From an uncultured Actinomycetes bacterium (GTDB lineage Bacteria; Actinomycetota; Thermoleophilia; UBA2241), in the NCBI GenBank assembly GCA_963755025.1, contig CAVWIH010000033.1:64001-128000 (forward strand): a stretch of 64,000 nucleotides of DNA, in the 5' to 3' direction. The first letter of the stretch is position 1. The number at the start of each line of letters is the position of its first letter. A model generated the notes under the pieces. It was given only the letters and a program-made list of their open reading frames with translations, was not told where the DNA came from and ran no database searches. Shown piece by piece: positions 61,635 to 64,000 of the stretch. The translations under genes were made by a program, and so were the position numbers.

Positions 61635-62618
61635 CTACCTGATCGCCAGGTAGCTGCCGAAGCCCACCGGGATCGGTATCCAGAAGTTGATCAGCCGGTA
61701 GACGAGCACCACGGCGATCGCCTGGGGCGACGGCACGTCGAAGCTCACCAGCAGCGTGATCATCAACCCCTCGATGGCGCCTAGGCCGCCCGGCGTGGGC
61801 GCCAGGCTGCCCACCGCGTTGGCCACCGCGTAGCTCACGGTGAGGGCCGCCAGCGGCACGTGGTAGCCCAGGGCGATGAAAACGAGGTACAGGCAGAGCA
61901 GGTCGAACCCCCAGAACATGCACGAGTAGGCGACCGCCGTGCGCTTGGCGCCGCGGTGGGTGCCCATGCGGCGCATGCCGGCGAACAGGCTGTCGAGCCA
62001 CTCGTCGATGTGCTCGGGCGCTATGCGCTCGCGCCGGTAGATGCGGTTGATGAGGGCCGCCACCTGCGACACCCGGCGGCGCATCTTGGCGCGGTGGCGG
62101 TACAGGTAGAGGCCGTAGGCGGTGAGCCACAGCAGGCCGGCGATGAGCACCAGGGCGAGCGTGTAGCTCCACGGGTTCACGCGTCCGCTCGAGACCACCG
62201 ACACCAGGGCCACGAGGAACATGACCCAGAGCACGATGTAGGTGAAGAAGTTCTGCGCGGCGATGGCCACGAAGATGAGGCCGTGGGGCACCTCGCGCTT
62301 GCGCAGCGCGTTATAGCTGACCACCATGCCGGCCGCGCCGCCGGCGCCGAAGAGGTGGCTGAACGACAGGCCGGCCAGCACGACGTTCATGACCGTGCCA
62401 AAGCGCAAGCGCACGTCGAGCACGCGCAGGATGTGGCGGAACAGGTTGGCATAGCCGGCCAGCGAGACGAACTCGACGACCACGGCCAGCACGAGCAGTG
62501 GCCAGCGCGCGTGGCGCACCAGGCCGAGGGCGCGTTCGGGACCCACCAGCCGGGGGAGCAAGAGGTAGAGGACGACGACGATCAGAAGAAAGAAGATGAC
62601 CCTGCGGAGCGCTTTGAT
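61635..62618 (-). CDS. Lysylphosphatidylglycerol synthase TM-domain (flippase-like) protein; start uncertain
   Basis: PTPGGLGAIE and VLVYRLINFW motifs; frame stays open upstream of TTG 62561. Confidence 0.85.
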   Translation of the reverse strand: MKALRRVIFFLLIVVVLYLLLPRLVGPERALGLVRHARWPLLVLAVVVEFVSLAGYANLFRHILRVLDVRLRFGTVMNVVLAGLSFSHLFGAGGAAGMVVSYNALRKREVPHGLIFVAIAAQNFFTYIVLWVMFLVALVSVVSSGRVNPWSYTLALVLIAGLLWLTAYGLYLYRHRAKMRRRVSQVAALINRIYRRERIAPEHIDEWLDSLFAGMRRMGTHRGAKRTAVAYSCMFWGFDLLCLYLVFIALGYHVPLAALTVSYAVANAVGSLAPTPGGLGAIEGLMITLLVSFDVPSPQAIAVVLVYRLINFWIPIPVGFGSYLAIR

Positions 62619-62696
62619 CGTCGGTGCCTCCCGCCGTGCGCCCGCGGTTTGAGCCGGGGGGCGCTGCTTGGTCTCGTCCGGGCGTTCGAGGTTATC

Positions 62697-62752
62697 ACGA
62701 GCGGGGCGGCGGGTGAGGGCCGCTCGCGGCCCTCACCCGCCGCCCCGCTCGT
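62697..62752. repeat. Perfect 27-bp inverted repeat downstream of pfk (possible terminator)
   Basis: ACGAGCGGGGCGGCGGGTGAGGGCCGC-TC-GCGGCCCTCACCCGCCGCCCCGCTCGT. Confidence 0.85.
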
Positions 62753-62841
62753 AGGGCGTCAGGGTGTGTGCGCTTACGTCGGTCTAGTCCGTCGATACAC
62801 TTCGTCGTCGCTGCTCAGGCAGGCGTGACTTTGTCGCGCTC

Positions 62842-64000
62842 CTAGTACAGGAACATGGGCTTGTCCTGGATGTCGCGCACCTTGGGCCGGTACTGCGCGG
62901 CGTCGTAGAGCTCGGCGACGTCGATCTTGCGCTGCCCGCCGGCGACCGTGGTGAGCGGCACCGTCGTGTAGCTGCCGCCCTGCAGGGCGACGAGCTTGCC
63001 GGTGTGGCCCTTGGCGACCTCGTCGGCGGCGAGGATGCCGAACGAGTTGGCCACCATGCGGTCGAGGGTGTCGGGCGCGCCCGAGCGGATCACGTAGCCG
63101 AGCTGCTGGAACATGACGTTGGTGCCGGTGATGCGCTTGATCTCCTGCGACACCGCGAGGCCGATGCCGCCGAGCTTGCGGTGGCCGAAGGCGTCGGCTT
63201 CGCCGCCCTCGGTGATGTCGCCGCCCTCGGGCACCGCGCCCTCGGAGATGGTGACCATGGAGTAGTGCGAGGGGTTGCCCGCGCGGTCGTCGGCCAGAAA
63301 GCCGGCGAGGCGCTCCATGTTGAACGGCACTTCGGGGATGATGGCGCGGTCGACGGCCGCGAGCAGGGCGGCGTAGAGGCTGGTGCCGCCCGAATGACGG
63401 CCGAAGAGCTCGATGATGCCGATGCGCTCGTGCGAGCCCAGCGCCGTGCGGAAGTTGGTGATCATCTCGACCGAGCGCGTGATGGTGGTCGAGAAGCCGA
63501 TGCAGTAGTCGGTGCCCAGGACGTCGTTGTCCATGGTCTTGGGAATGGCGATGGCCGGAAAGCCCTCGCGGCTGAGGCGCTCGGCGAACGACAGCGTGTC
63601 CTCGCCGCCGATCGGCACGAGGGCGTCGAGGCCGAGATGGTTGAGCACGCGGATGGCGTGCTTGGTGCAGTCGACCTTGCCGTCGTCGCGGACCGTCTGG
63701 TCTTCGGCGCGCACGTACGAGGGCACGTCGGCGGCCTTCACGGCCACCGGGTTGGTGCGCGAGCTGTGCAGCATGGTGCCGCCCGTGCGGTCGATGCGGC
63801 GCACGGTCTCGTGGTCGAGCGGCAGCGTGAAGGTGGCTACGGTGGCCGGGTCGTCGGGGTCGATGCCCATGACGCTGGCCCAGCCGCGGCGCAGGCCGAC
63901 GACCTCGATGCCGTGGTCGGCCGCCCGGCCGACGACCGCCTTGATCGCGACGTTCAGCCCGGGCACGTCGCCGCCGCCCGTCAGAATGCCGATCCGCGCT
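62842..64000 (-). CDS. pfkA: 6-phosphofructokinase (5' end beyond the window), probably PPi-dependent type
   Basis: RIGILTGGGDVPGLN, GGTMLHSSR, GGEDT, PKTMDND and ELFGR. Confidence 0.93.
   Translation of the reverse strand, partial: ARIGILTGGGDVPGLNVAIKAVVGRAADHGIEVVGLRRGWASVMGIDPDDPATVATFTLPLDHETVRRIDRTGGTMLHSSRTNPVAVKAADVPSYVRAEDQTVRDDGKVDCTKHAIRVLNHLGLDALVPIGGEDTLSFAERLSREGFPAIAIPKTMDNDVLGTDYCIGFSTTITRSVEMITNFRTALGSHERIGIIELFGRHSGGTSLYAALLAAVDRAIIPEVPFNMERLAGFLADDRAGNPSHYSMVTISEGAVPEGGDITEGGEADAFGHRKLGGIGLAVSQEIKRITGTNVMFQQLGYVIRSGAPDTLDRMVANSFGILAADEVAKGHTGKLVALQGGSYTTVPLTTVAGGQRKIDVAELYDAAQYRPKVRDIQDKPMFLY

Overview
High-GC bacterial chromosome segment, most consistent with a deep-branching Actinomycetota such as Thermoleophilia. 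This is an inference from a 6C RNA, FtsR-like boxes and an hrcA-dnaJ pair lacking grpE/dnaK. Most of the window is housekeeping: the 3' end of pcrA, otsB, pyrF, a dcw cluster (mraZ-rsmH-ftsL-ftsI-murE-murF-mraY-murD-ftsW-murG-murC-ftsQ-ftsZ), secD-secF, tRNA-Ala(GGC), leuS-comEA-comEC-holA, rpsT, murJ, lepA-hemW-hrcA-dnaJ-prmA-mtaB-HIT-yqeY-phoH-ybeY-dgkA-cdd-era-deoC, envelope genes and a pfk. Many essential genes carry single-base frameshifts, which look like long-read consensus errors. An accessory block at about 25.5-36.4 kb, between secF and tRNA-Ala, holds two STAS proteins with a Zn-finger protein, then a DUF420 / GT-C glycosyltransferase / unknown protein / three cobalamin-dependent radical SAM / TrmO-like cluster, then a lower-GC DUF5343 + TIGR02391 pair beside the tRNA. 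Non-coding highlights are a promoter-driven ~200-nt structured RNA directly followed by a 6C RNA (1.0-1.33 kb), recurring ACCCT-N13-AGGGT (FtsR-like) boxes, and a structured leuS leader. Family names come from motif recognition by eye, not from database searches.
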